A stretch of 51,436 nt of DNA from a virus (Duplodnaviria > Heunggongvirae > Uroviricota > Caudoviricetes). The stretch lies in the IMG/VR virus record IMGVR_UViG_3300046542_000361; one strand, given 5' to 3'. The translations under genes and the position numbers were made by a program. This document shows positions 1 to 8,671 of this stretch, in pieces (position 1 is the stretch's first letter; every line of letters begins with the position of its first letter). Below the pieces are notes generated by a model that saw only the letters and a program-made list of their open reading frames with translations, did no database searches and was not told the DNA's origin.

Positions 1-481
1 GCGGGCTGGCCTCGACCGGTTCGTTGATCAGCGAGCCGCGGCGCTTCGGCTCGATGAAGGCGGTTGTCTTGCCATCGCGGCCAGGTGCGGTCTTCAACTG
101 TTCCTCGATGCGGCCGCGCGTCGTCAGAAGCATCTGGCGCTCATTGTCGGACAGGGCGAAGCGACCGAGCTCGCGCTGGATCGGAATGATATTCTTGATC
201 CGCTCGAGAATATCGGCGTGGATCTTGCCGACCTTCGGCTCCTTTGAGCCGTAGTCGTCAGAAACAGGCTGGCGCGCAAAGCTCATCTTGTTGACGATTG
301 CGGCAGCCGGACACATCGAGCAATTCATGGCCGCCTGGCAGCCCTGGCGCTTCTCGACGCGCTTGCCCATCCAAACGGCTTCGCGCAGCACCATGCAGGC
401 GGCCATCTTGGTCGTCGCGTTGAAGACCGGGCAGGTAAACTGGAACTCGTTCTCGCGCGAAAGTGTGAGGTAGTGGGCCAT
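1..481 (-). CDS. Hypothetical Cys-rich protein, 3' end runs off the window
   Basis: Not in the ORF track. Open frame from ATG at 481 (TAATG overlap with upstream stop): MAHYLTLSRENEFQFTCPVFNATTKMAACMVLREAVWMGKRVEKRQGCQAAMNCSMCPAA... Confidence 0.7.
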   Translation of the reverse strand, partial: MAHYLTLSRENEFQFTCPVFNATTKMAACMVLREAVWMGKRVEKRQGCQAAMNCSMCPAAAIVNKMSFARQPVSDDYGSKEPKVGKIHADILERIKNIIPIQRELGRFALSDNERQMLLTTRGRIEEQLKTAPGRDGKTTAFIEPKRRGSLINEPVEASP

Positions 482-747
482 TAAAATCTCCCGAAGTTTT
501 GGTGAATGGTTGTTTCGGCATGCGCCACATTGGCGTGAACACCGAAACGTTTGCGGTAGGCGCGGCGGATAGCGACGCGGCAGCGGCACTCATCGCGGGT
601 TTTCAAGGAGAACTGCTCAAACAGCGCCGGCATGTCGTTGCGCTTGGAGATCTCATCGATCAGGTCGGGCTTGGCATCCTCCCAGCGCTTCAAGGACATC
701 GGGCGCACACGGTCGAGCAGCCTTCCGGCAAATTCTGCTGTATCCAT
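481..747 (-). CDS. Hypothetical protein (88 aa)
   Basis: 3' part of ORF 481..984; ATG at 747 forms a TGATG overlap with the WGR gene stop. Confidence 0.65.
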   Translation of the reverse strand: MDTAEFAGRLLDRVRPMSLKRWEDAKPDLIDEISKRNDMPALFEQFSLKTRDECRCRVAIRRAYRKRFGVHANVAHAETTIHQNFGRF

Positions 748-1292
748 CAGAACATTCCGAAGCGTGGATTGGCCGCGTAGACCTTTTCGGCCTCGCGCTG
801 CTCCTCGATCTTTTCGGCTTCCTTCGCAGCGCGGATCTCGGCCTCGGAGAAGACTTTCGGCTTCGGCTCGCCCAGATAGCGGCCATCTTCGTTGAAGCGC
901 GGTGCCTTGAGTTCCGTCGCTCGACCGGTCACGTCCATCGTTGGGAAAACGTGCAGCAGATCCGGGCCAGGAATGCGCGGCCACACGGCCGGCCCGAGGG
1001 CCATGCGCAGCTGAGCCTCATCATTGAGCTGCCTGATATCGTTGGACTTGACCTGGTAGCCGCTGCGGCTGATCTTCTGCTCGACCAGCTTTTCGAATTC
1101 AGCCTCGGCCTTCTTCGGAATGGCAAAGCGTTCGATCTTCATTTCGCCCGGCACGCCGGCCTTGCCCCAACGGCGAACCATGATCGCCATACCGTTCGCG
1201 GCAGCGATCAAGCTCACATTGTAGAATTTGTTGGACCGATTGCCGTCCGAATAAGCGAGCGCAATTTGTGTGAAATCAATTGGATAGCTCAT
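747..1292 (-). CDS. WGR-domain protein
   Basis: NKFYNVSLI...VRRWGKAG...EAEFEKLVEQKISRSGY matches the WGR pattern; start reassigned to MSYPIDF. Confidence 0.75.
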   Translation of the reverse strand: MSYPIDFTQIALAYSDGNRSNKFYNVSLIAAANGMAIMVRRWGKAGVPGEMKIERFAIPKKAEAEFEKLVEQKISRSGYQVKSNDIRQLNDEAQLRMALGPAVWPRIPGPDLLHVFPTMDVTGRATELKAPRFNEDGRYLGEPKPKVFSEAEIRAAKEAEKIEEQREAEKVYAANPRFGMF

Positions 1293-1346
1293 TTCGTCTC
1301 TCGTTTCGTTGTCGTATTGTCTTGATAGCGCAGATTTAAACGGGTT

Positions 1347-1366
1347 GTAAGTAAATATTGACTTAG
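1347..1366. promoter_or_regulatory. 20-bp palindromic motif A
   Basis: GTAAGTAAATATTGACTTAG. Confidence 0.7.
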
Positions 1367-1369
1367 CCG

Positions 1370-2524
1370 TCAAGATCCCTGCGAGACTTTCTTTTTCGCC
1401 TCTTCCGCTTTCCACCGCGCTTCGTCAGCCGCGTAGGGGTTGCGCAGGCGCCATTTGACATCGAGCGACGGTGTCCAGAGCGTGGCTGCGTAGTAGGCCT
1501 TGCGCGTCACCTCGCCGACGACTTCGTTCGGGTCTTTCCGGTAGGGCAGCAGCGCAATGCGCACCTTGAGCCCGATCGACGTCAGCAGCTTGGCAGCATC
1601 GAGGGCCGCGATCAGCGCCTTGGGCTCGCCGTCCCACATGATCGTCACGGTCTTGATGCCCTGGCGCTTCAGCTGCAGGAAGCGGCCGAGCTGATCGTCG
1701 CCGGTCGCCGAGCCATAGGACAGATGCTTGCCGAACGAGCCGACCGGCACGACGCGCCGGAGATCGACGTCCTCGTCGAAGGCGATCTTGATCGCCGCAA
1801 CGTCGAAGGCACCTTCGCCCATGCACACCTCATCGGTGAGCTGGACGTTCTGACCGTTCAAAAGGAACTTGCCGGTGCCTGGCAGGCCCTTCGGGAAGAG
1901 GTATTTGCGCTCGATGAGCTTTGCCGCCTCGCCCATCGTCAGATCGCGGCCCTGGAACGTCTTTAGCGTGCCGTCGAGGTCGTAGACCGGGATGATGACG
2001 CGATTGGAGAACCATTGCTGCTGCAAAGCGCCCTTCTCGTCGCGGAACGGCCATGAACCATACTGGCAATAGCGCAGCTCGAAATACCGGGCGTATTCAG
2101 CGGTGATGCCGCGGTTCTCGAGATACACCAGGTTCTCGCCGTCTTCCGTCGGCAAGGGTGTCGAATAGGGCAGCTTGACCTCGCCGTGATCGACAGCGAC
2201 GGTCGCCATGCGTTTCGGGCGCCAGCCCTGTTCGCGCATGATCTCCTTGGCCTTCTCGATCGTCTCGCGCCAGTTGTCGTAGCCAAACTGCAGCTTGACG
2301 AATTTCGCCTTGTTGTAGGTCTGGTTGCAGACGAAGCAGTTCCCCTGCCCCGTGTCGGCGTTGAGATAGACGCGGTAGCGGCTGTCGCCGCAGTCCGGGC
2401 AGTGCTTGGCGTTGATCTGCATGCCGGATGAGCCTCGCCCCATTTTGAAGGGCAGGCTCTCGCGGTCGAAGAGAAACTCGAGGTCGAGGTTCTCGGTGAT
2501 CTCCTGGAAGATGTTGTCGCTCAC
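1370..2524 (-). CDS. DNA primase (zinc finger + TOPRIM)
   Basis: CPDC...CFVC zinc finger, FQGR, EGAFD, WDGE, DPNE motifs; GTGA overlap with helicase. Confidence 0.9.
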   Translation of the reverse strand: MSDNIFQEITENLDLEFLFDRESLPFKMGRGSSGMQINAKHCPDCGDSRYRVYLNADTGQGNCFVCNQTYNKAKFVKLQFGYDNWRETIEKAKEIMREQGWRPKRMATVAVDHGEVKLPYSTPLPTEDGENLVYLENRGITAEYARYFELRYCQYGSWPFRDEKGALQQQWFSNRVIIPVYDLDGTLKTFQGRDLTMGEAAKLIERKYLFPKGLPGTGKFLLNGQNVQLTDEVCMGEGAFDVAAIKIAFDEDVDLRRVVPVGSFGKHLSYGSATGDDQLGRFLQLKRQGIKTVTIMWDGEPKALIAALDAAKLLTSIGLKVRIALLPYRKDPNEVVGEVTRKAYYAATLWTPSLDVKWRLRNPYAADEARWKAEEAKKKVSQGS

Positions 2525-3885
2525 ACGCGCCCCATGACCTTTGTGAGGAATTTGAGCTTCTCGCGGTCCTGCCGGATGAGCAGCGAGAAACCATCCTCGG
2601 TGTTGCGGGATGCGACCCAGGTGAGCCGAGCTTCACCAGATTTCTTCTCGGCGTCGGTCGCGTTGATGGCGATAACCACGTCAGCGGTTCGGATCTTGTT
2701 GAAGTCCTCGGCGACGTCGGTCGCCTTCGCGGTGTGCGCCGCAGCGCCGGCGCGGTTCGTCTGGGTAGCCGAGATCAGCGCCAGGTCGTGCTCGTAGGCG
2801 ATCGCGCGCAGATCGAGATAGATGGAGTTGAGGTTCTCACGCTCCTGGTCACTGCGATATTCCGACGCCATGATGTCGGCATAGTCGACAGCCAAAAGAT
2901 CGAGGATGATCCCTTCTGAGCGCCAACGCTCGAGGAGCCGATTGATGCCAGACGGTTTCAGCGTGCGCGAAGCGAAGTCGCGAATAAGGAAGGTGCCGGC
3001 GTTGGCCTCGGCCGCCTGAATCTTCCTCATAACCGTCTGCGGGTCGTCCTTCAGCAGGCGCATGGCCGTGTCTGAAATGTTGGCGTCGAGACGGTCGGCG
3101 ATAATCTCCTTCGACACCTCAAGCGACAGATAAGCGGCATGGAAGCCGAGCAGCGATGCGTTCTTCGAGAACTCGCCGAGCGAGAGGGACTTGCCGGCCT
3201 TCGCAGCACCCATCATCAGCGACATTTCGCGCCGGCCCCAGCCGTTGTGATAGAGGTATGCGTCGATCTCGGCATAGCCGGTCGAGATCCCGCGCTTGAC
3301 GATCTTGCCGGCCTTCCAGTCCTCGCGAACCTGCGTTCTGTTCGCGATCTCCTTGAAGTAGTGGTAGTCGCCCTCGTCCTGCTGCAGGCCGACCGCAAGC
3401 GCCGCTTTCTGCAGCTTCTCGATGCCGGCGAAGTCACCACGCTGCAGGAGCTCGACGCTCTTCAGGATCGCCTGCTCCATCGCCGTGAACTTGGCGAAGT
3501 TCGACACCTGCTCGGCCACATAGGACGAGTTCGACAGATCGGTCTTGTAGACCTCGCGGATCGTCGTCTTGATCTCGGTCAGCACGTCGTCACGCAGGCG
3601 CTTCTTGGCTTTTTCGTCCTTCAGGATCTGGGTGAGGATCCGGATATCCGGCACGGCCTTATGAACCTGGATATGCTGCTTGATCAGGCTAACAAGTTGG
3701 CCGTGGGCGTCGTTTGCGAAGTAGGCCGGATCGATCAGATCCTTGGTGCGGTTGGCGAACTGGGTGTCGCGCATGAAGAGCGCAAGCGTCTTCCGCTGAA
3801 AGCCTTCGTCGAAATCCCACTTCGGCGCTTCCTGATCGGCGATCTCTTCATCTTCTTCTGCGGTCGCGAGTGCTGCCTGGGACAT
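2521..3885 (-). CDS. dnaB: DnaB-like replicative helicase
   Basis: Walker A GAAKAGKS, YLSLE, VDYAD, SATQTNR, AEDF..ADVVI; start MSQAALA with AAAGG RBS. Confidence 0.9.
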   Translation of the reverse strand: MSQAALATAEEDEEIADQEAPKWDFDEGFQRKTLALFMRDTQFANRTKDLIDPAYFANDAHGQLVSLIKQHIQVHKAVPDIRILTQILKDEKAKKRLRDDVLTEIKTTIREVYKTDLSNSSYVAEQVSNFAKFTAMEQAILKSVELLQRGDFAGIEKLQKAALAVGLQQDEGDYHYFKEIANRTQVREDWKAGKIVKRGISTGYAEIDAYLYHNGWGRREMSLMMGAAKAGKSLSLGEFSKNASLLGFHAAYLSLEVSKEIIADRLDANISDTAMRLLKDDPQTVMRKIQAAEANAGTFLIRDFASRTLKPSGINRLLERWRSEGIILDLLAVDYADIMASEYRSDQERENLNSIYLDLRAIAYEHDLALISATQTNRAGAAAHTAKATDVAEDFNKIRTADVVIAINATDAEKKSGEARLTWVASRNTEDGFSLLIRQDREKLKFLTKVMGRV

Positions 3886-3901
3886 GTTCTTACCTTTCGA
3901 A

Positions 3902-3921
3902 GTCAATCAATATTTACTGAT
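3902..3921. promoter_or_regulatory. 20-bp palindromic motif A
   Basis: GTCAATCAATATTTACTGAT. Confidence 0.7.
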
Positions 3922-4003
3922 CGCTGTAGCGCGAAAAATAGCGCTATCGACTTCTGACGAGCTTCATTTGCTCATTAGAAAATAGCGCTTTGTCAGCGGG
4001 TTG

Positions 4004-4723
4004 CTACTGGATATAGCGATGGACGCGCTCAACCAGATCTGGATCGAAGCGAGCCTCGACCTTGTCGAGCGGCAGCCGGTTCTGGTTGATGAACTGAGCC
4101 AGCACATACCAGGGATTTCCCCTGAGTGACGCCTGCTTGAACAGCCATTCGTGATAGTCGTCCTGATGGGCGATACCGCCGTAATTCTCGATCATGTAGG
4201 CCGAGTCATCGGAGAGGTAGAGGCGCGAGGCCTGCATTGCCTCCCACTTGTCGACGACCTTCTCGACGTCCTCGGCCTTGTAGAGGTGCTGGGCCTGGGG
4301 CAGATGACCCTGGCTCCAGAATCGCAGGCGCAAGCCCATGACCGAGTGGATATAATCCTTGTAGGGCATGCCGATCGCATCGGCCACCTGTCGGCCGCGC
4401 CACATGCCGGAGAATTGCATCATGTGCTTCTGGCTGAGCTCGGCGAGCCCTTGGAAGATCTCATCGATCGACGGCACCTTGATGAACTGCGAAGCTGTCT
4501 TGGAAAACTCGGCCGCGAAGTAGTCGCGATACACCTCACCGAATGCCTCGATATAGTGTCGGGTCGCCTGAAGCGGCGTCATCATCCGATAGTCAAACCA
4601 TTTGGTTCGAAAGAGCTCCGGGTCGATCGCCAGGAGCCCCTTGTCGATGAAGCGGAATGCGACCAGATCGTCTTCGATTGGATCTGGTCGCGGTGTGTCG
4701 TCAATTGCGGGTTGCACTTGCAT
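4004..4723 (-). CDS. Conserved phage hypothetical protein upstream of helicase
   Basis: 239-aa ORF with phage-like codon use, in operon between phoH and the helicase. Confidence 0.7.
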   Translation of the reverse strand: MQVQPAIDDTPRPDPIEDDLVAFRFIDKGLLAIDPELFRTKWFDYRMMTPLQATRHYIEAFGEVYRDYFAAEFSKTASQFIKVPSIDEIFQGLAELSQKHMMQFSGMWRGRQVADAIGMPYKDYIHSVMGLRLRFWSQGHLPQAQHLYKAEDVEKVVDKWEAMQASRLYLSDDSAYMIENYGGIAHQDDYHEWLFKQASLRGNPWYVLAQFINQNRLPLDKVEARFDPDLVERVHRYIQ

Positions 4724-5555
4724 TCAAAAATCTTCCGAGTCCTTCATGAGCTTCTTCGTCGTCGCTCTCTGAATAGATCGAAATCTGCTGGTCTTCGTAA
4801 AGTTCGACGATTTTCTGAATAAGACCGTGCCGAACGATGTCTTCACGACCGAATTCGACGACCGAAACCTCGGGCAGCCGGCCGAGCAATTTGATCGCAC
4901 GCGCCATGCCAGAGGCGATCCCGCGGTCGATCTGGCGCAGGTCGCCGTTGATGATGAACTTGGCGCCTTCGCCGATGCGGGTCAGCGCCATCTTGAACTC
5001 GCTGTCCGTGGCGTTCTGCATTTCGTCAAAGATCACCCAGGCGTTCTTCAGCGTGCGACCGCGCATGAAGGCAAGCGGCACCGGCACGATGATCTCGGCC
5101 TCGACCAGATATTCGTAGTGCGCCTGGCCGAATGCGTCATGGAAGGCCTCCTCGAGCGGCACCAGGTAGGGCTTGAACTTCTCCTTCAGGTCGCCGGTGA
5201 GGAAGCCGAAGCTACGCTCGACCTCGACGTTCGGACGGCTGACATAGATCTTATCGATCAGACGATCCTTGAGCGCCTCGGCTGCGCGCTGGACGGCGAA
5301 CCAGGTCTTGCCGGTGCCTGCAGGACCGGTGCCAAAGACGATATCGGAGGACTTGATTGCCGCATCATAGCGGCGCTGACCGTCGTTGAGTGCCTTGGCC
5401 GGACCTTCGCGGCGCTGGGTGCGGGAAGGCTTGTGGCGATGGGTCTGTTCCTCAATGACAGCGGCCAGAAGATTCTGGTGCTGATCGGGCCTGACACGGG
5501 CGCCGCGGCGCTCCTGTCTTTGAGAGGACTTGGAAGAGCGGCGAGCCTGGGACAT
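4701..5555 (-). CDS. phoH: PhoH-like ATPase
   Basis: GPAGTGKT, RP.VE...GFL.GDL.EK, AFMRGRTL, DEMQN, GDLRQID, DIVRH. Confidence 0.93.
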   Translation of the reverse strand: MSQARRSSKSSQRQERRGARVRPDQHQNLLAAVIEEQTHRHKPSRTQRREGPAKALNDGQRRYDAAIKSSDIVFGTGPAGTGKTWFAVQRAAEALKDRLIDKIYVSRPNVEVERSFGFLTGDLKEKFKPYLVPLEEAFHDAFGQAHYEYLVEAEIIVPVPLAFMRGRTLKNAWVIFDEMQNATDSEFKMALTRIGEGAKFIINGDLRQIDRGIASGMARAIKLLGRLPEVSVVEFGREDIVRHGLIQKIVELYEDQQISIYSESDDEEAHEGLGRFLNASATRN

Positions 5556-5604
5556 GGGTAAACTCCGATGCATGAATGACATCAGTTTACGCGAAACGAA
5601 CGCG

Positions 5605-5624
5605 GTAAGTAAATATTGATTGAT
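5605..5624. promoter_or_regulatory. 20-bp palindromic motif A
   Basis: GTAAGTAAATATTGATTGAT. Confidence 0.7.
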
Positions 5625-5651
5625 GCTGCTCGGTGATTATTCCGCTGGTCG

Positions 5652-6266
5652 TCAGACGAGCAAAGATGCCCGTCGCCACAGATCGTCAATTTGGGCCGCA
5701 GACATGCCTTGGGCCGCCCCAAAGCTATCGACAAGCAAATGGCTGCGACGAAAGGAATCCGCCCCGGTGATCAGCATCTGCGCGTCGAATTGCTGGGATG
5801 GATCGAGCGCGCTGATGAAAGCCATCATGGCAGCCGGGATCTCGCGAGTCTTCACCGCGGCCAAAGCCTCGGCCTGGGTGATCAAGCTAGAAATGGCGAG
5901 TTCCTGAAAGAACTGGCGCCGGCTGATTTCGTCAGGAACAGGATCGACCGGATCAGGCACTGGCAGCAGCACACCCTCGCTGTAAATCATACCGGGCAGG
6001 ATCTCCGAGACGTCAGCGTCGATACCAAGCACGATCTTGTTGTCAGGCACCATACGCGAAGGATCGAACTCAACATTGGTGACCACGCCGGTCACAGGAT
6101 CAACCATCGCCCAGGCACCGTAAACAGCGTCGATGAAATCTCCCTGGTTGCTCCAGGACGTCAACCCGCTGCGTAGCTCATACCAGTCCTGACCGTCCTC
6201 GTTCTGGTAGAAGATGACGCCTGTGGAGTTCTGGCGAGTGAAATGGCCGAAGTTTACAATTTCCAT
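5652..6266 (-). CDS. Tail fibre assembly protein
   Basis: FYQNEDGQDWYE pattern typical of fibre chaperones; start MEIVNFG 3 bp after the fibre stop. Confidence 0.7.
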   Translation of the reverse strand: MEIVNFGHFTRQNSTGVIFYQNEDGQDWYELRSGLTSWSNQGDFIDAVYGAWAMVDPVTGVVTNVEFDPSRMVPDNKIVLGIDADVSEILPGMIYSEGVLLPVPDPVDPVPDEISRRQFFQELAISSLITQAEALAAVKTREIPAAMMAFISALDPSQQFDAQMLITGADSFRRSHLLVDSFGAAQGMSAAQIDDLWRRASLLV

Positions 6267-6268
6267 GA

Positions 6269-8257
6269 TCAAGATCCTGAGAAGGTGACCCAACCACGAA
6301 CGGGGTCGTAAGCTTGGAGATAGTGGTAATACATTGCCGGGTTGTTTGAGGTTCCCTGCATATTCATACCGGTGAACACTGCGCCTGCCGGGCACATCAT
6401 CAGACCGTTGTCAGGGATGCTGAAATTACCGACGCTGACCTTTCGAAACGAGAGGTTCGCGACGCGGTCGTTGGCCCAGGCAGTGGCGCGGGCCTCGATG
6501 CGGGCGCTGAGGTCGCCAAGTTGAGCGGTCGAGATCGATCCATCCGCGCCAACTACTAGCGCGTTGACGGCGGTGCCATTCTGCTTCTGAAAGTAGAGCT
6601 TGCCATCGGTCCAATTGAGCACACCCCACTTGTTCCCGCCTGTGTCGGTGCTCTGAAGCGACAGGGCCGGCGAGCTCTTCGCGATGGTGATGTCGCCCGA
6701 CACCGTGCCGCCCGTCTTGTCGAGTTTGCCGCCAAGCGCCGTGTCGACCTGCGTCTTCACGTAGACGGCAGCCGCATCTGCCTTCTGGTCGACCTGGCTC
6801 TGCATTACAGTAAAAGCGGCCGCAGATGCCTTCTCGTCGAGAGCCGCGGTAAGGTCGGTGATATCGGCGATCGTGTGTTGGTGACCAATGTTGCTCTTGT
6901 TAGAAAGCTGGGTGCTGATCGACGCCATCTGAGCGGCGATCGTCGCCGCGAAGTTTGGATCGTCGCCAAGGGCGTCGGCGAGCTCGCGCAGCGTATCCAT
7001 CACGCCGGGCGCGCCATTGACGATCGCATCGATCCGCGCATTCACCCAGGCCGTCGTCGGGATGATAGTCGAGTTTTCAGCGCCGGCCGGCGTTGGTGCG
7101 GTCGGTGTGCCGATAAGTGCTGGCGAGGTAAGCGGCGCCTTTGCGTCAAGCGCTGTCTGCAGGCCGGTCACATTGGCGATGGTGTGCGTATGCACGAGGG
7201 CGGCTGCGTAAGCGACAATGGCCTGGCGGACGCGCTGTGCGGTCCAGGAGCGAACAGTTGCTGCCGTGCCGGTCTCCGCTTCCGACTGGCTGATCGTCGA
7301 GATCGAGCCGGAATTGTAATAAAGCTGCCAGCCGGTCCAGGTCGATCCGCCGTCTGTCGAGAAGCGCAGATATTCCTGCGAGCTGGAGTCGCGCAGATAG
7401 CTCTGCCAGATCCTCGAACCTGAAGTCGAACGCTCAACAAGCAGCCGGCCTGTGCCAGAAGCGACAGGGAAATTAAGGGCCGTGGTAGCGTTAGCTGCGG
7501 TCTCGAAGAAATAGACTCCGGACGTCAACAGCGTGTTGAGGTTAACCCCGGCCGACTGTTCCGGCTTCAGCAGATAGGAAATCGTGTTGAAGTCGAAAGA
7601 GGTCGCGGTTGCAGCTGCATCAGCGGCCTCTGAAGCGCTTGTCGCGGCAGAGCTTGCCGAAGATTGCGCAGCATCGCGGGCGCTCTCTGCGAGGCCCTGT
7701 GCGGCCACAGACGCGTTCTTTGCAGCAACTGCATCGGTCTTCGCTGTCTGAGCGGTAGCATCAGCGGCGACCGCAGTGTCGCGAGCACCTTGCGCCGTCG
7801 TTACGGCCGACTGAGCGTCATTCTTCGCCGTGACGGCAGTGTCTCTTGCACCCTCGGCAGCGGTCTTTGCCGTCTCTGCAGCCGTCTTTGCCGCCTCTGC
7901 AGCTGTCTTTGCCGCAACCGCGGTGTCGCGAGCCGTAGCGAGACCGGTCGCAGCAGCCTGCGCCTGGCCGACAGCCGTCGCGGCGTCGTCGCGATAGGTG
8001 GCCGTCTGGTTGCGGTAGCCCTGCGCATCAAGGGAAAACTGCAGCGCTTCATCACGCGCCTGGGCGAATTCCGGCGTGTAGGTCAGAACACCTGGTTCAC
8101 CCTTTGGTCCAATCGCGTAGCCGAGCACCTGCGGAACAATGGCGTCGCCAAGCTGGACGATCTCGATCGTGGCGTCATCACCAGCAATGACAATGCCGTT
8201 GGCGACGTAGGGATATTTTACGTCGAGCGCGCCGACTTCGATGATCAGCGTGTCCAT
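6269..8257 (-). CDS. Tail fibre protein
   Basis: Ala-rich heptad stalk, knob-like NLNTLLTSGVY segment, HTHTIANVTGLQTALDAK and DTLRELADALGDDPNFA fibre repeats. Confidence 0.88.
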   Translation of the reverse strand: MDTLIIEVGALDVKYPYVANGIVIAGDDATIEIVQLGDAIVPQVLGYAIGPKGEPGVLTYTPEFAQARDEALQFSLDAQGYRNQTATYRDDAATAVGQAQAAATGLATARDTAVAAKTAAEAAKTAAETAKTAAEGARDTAVTAKNDAQSAVTTAQGARDTAVAADATAQTAKTDAVAAKNASVAAQGLAESARDAAQSSASSAATSASEAADAAATATSFDFNTISYLLKPEQSAGVNLNTLLTSGVYFFETAANATTALNFPVASGTGRLLVERSTSGSRIWQSYLRDSSSQEYLRFSTDGGSTWTGWQLYYNSGSISTISQSEAETGTAATVRSWTAQRVRQAIVAYAAALVHTHTIANVTGLQTALDAKAPLTSPALIGTPTAPTPAGAENSTIIPTTAWVNARIDAIVNGAPGVMDTLRELADALGDDPNFAATIAAQMASISTQLSNKSNIGHQHTIADITDLTAALDEKASAAAFTVMQSQVDQKADAAAVYVKTQVDTALGGKLDKTGGTVSGDITIAKSSPALSLQSTDTGGNKWGVLNWTDGKLYFQKQNGTAVNALVVGADGSISTAQLGDLSARIEARATAWANDRVANLSFRKVSVGNFSIPDNGLMMCPAGAVFTGMNMQGTSNNPAMYYHYLQAYDPVRGWVTFSGS

Positions 8258-8601
8258 CAGACGCCCCGCGTGATGGCGCGGCGGACGGGAACGCGCAGCT
8301 CAAAGCCAAGATGCTGCTTCGGGGTGACGTCGGTGCGGACTACATCGATATAAGCGGTGCGGTTCGGCCAGCCGTCGCTCATTGCGCCAGGCAGGCGAAT
8401 ATCGATCGTCGTGCTGTCGACACGAGTAATTCCGCCGTTTTCGGTGGTCAGCGTCGCAAGCACATCGTCAACATCAGGATCACGCCGGACCTGGCTGGTG
8501 AAAGTCGCCTCGGCCGGGAACGTGACGGGCGAATTTGCGAAGCTCAGCCGGATCGACCAGTCGTAACCGGCCGTGATGATCTTTCCCTTGAATGTCTGCA
8601 T
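8257..8601 (-). CDS. Tail-fibre-associated beta-sandwich protein (BppU-N-like)
   Basis: 114 aa, beta-rich, coupled to the fibre gene by TGATG. Confidence 0.55.
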   Translation of the reverse strand: MQTFKGKIITAGYDWSIRLSFANSPVTFPAEATFTSQVRRDPDVDDVLATLTTENGGITRVDSTTIDIRLPGAMSDGWPNRTAYIDVVRTDVTPKQHLGFELRVPVRRAITRGV

Positions 8602-8647
8602 CTGCTCGCCTTCCTGATTGAAGAACCATTATCACCCGACCAACCGA

Positions 8648-8667
8648 GTAAATCAATATTGACTGAT
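8648..8667. promoter_or_regulatory. 20-bp palindromic motif A
   Basis: GTAAATCAATATTGACTGAT. Confidence 0.7.
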
Positions 8668-8671
8668 CAAA

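Noticed and set aside
4701-5555. PhoH as a novel finding
   Set aside because: Common in phages; reported as a feature only.
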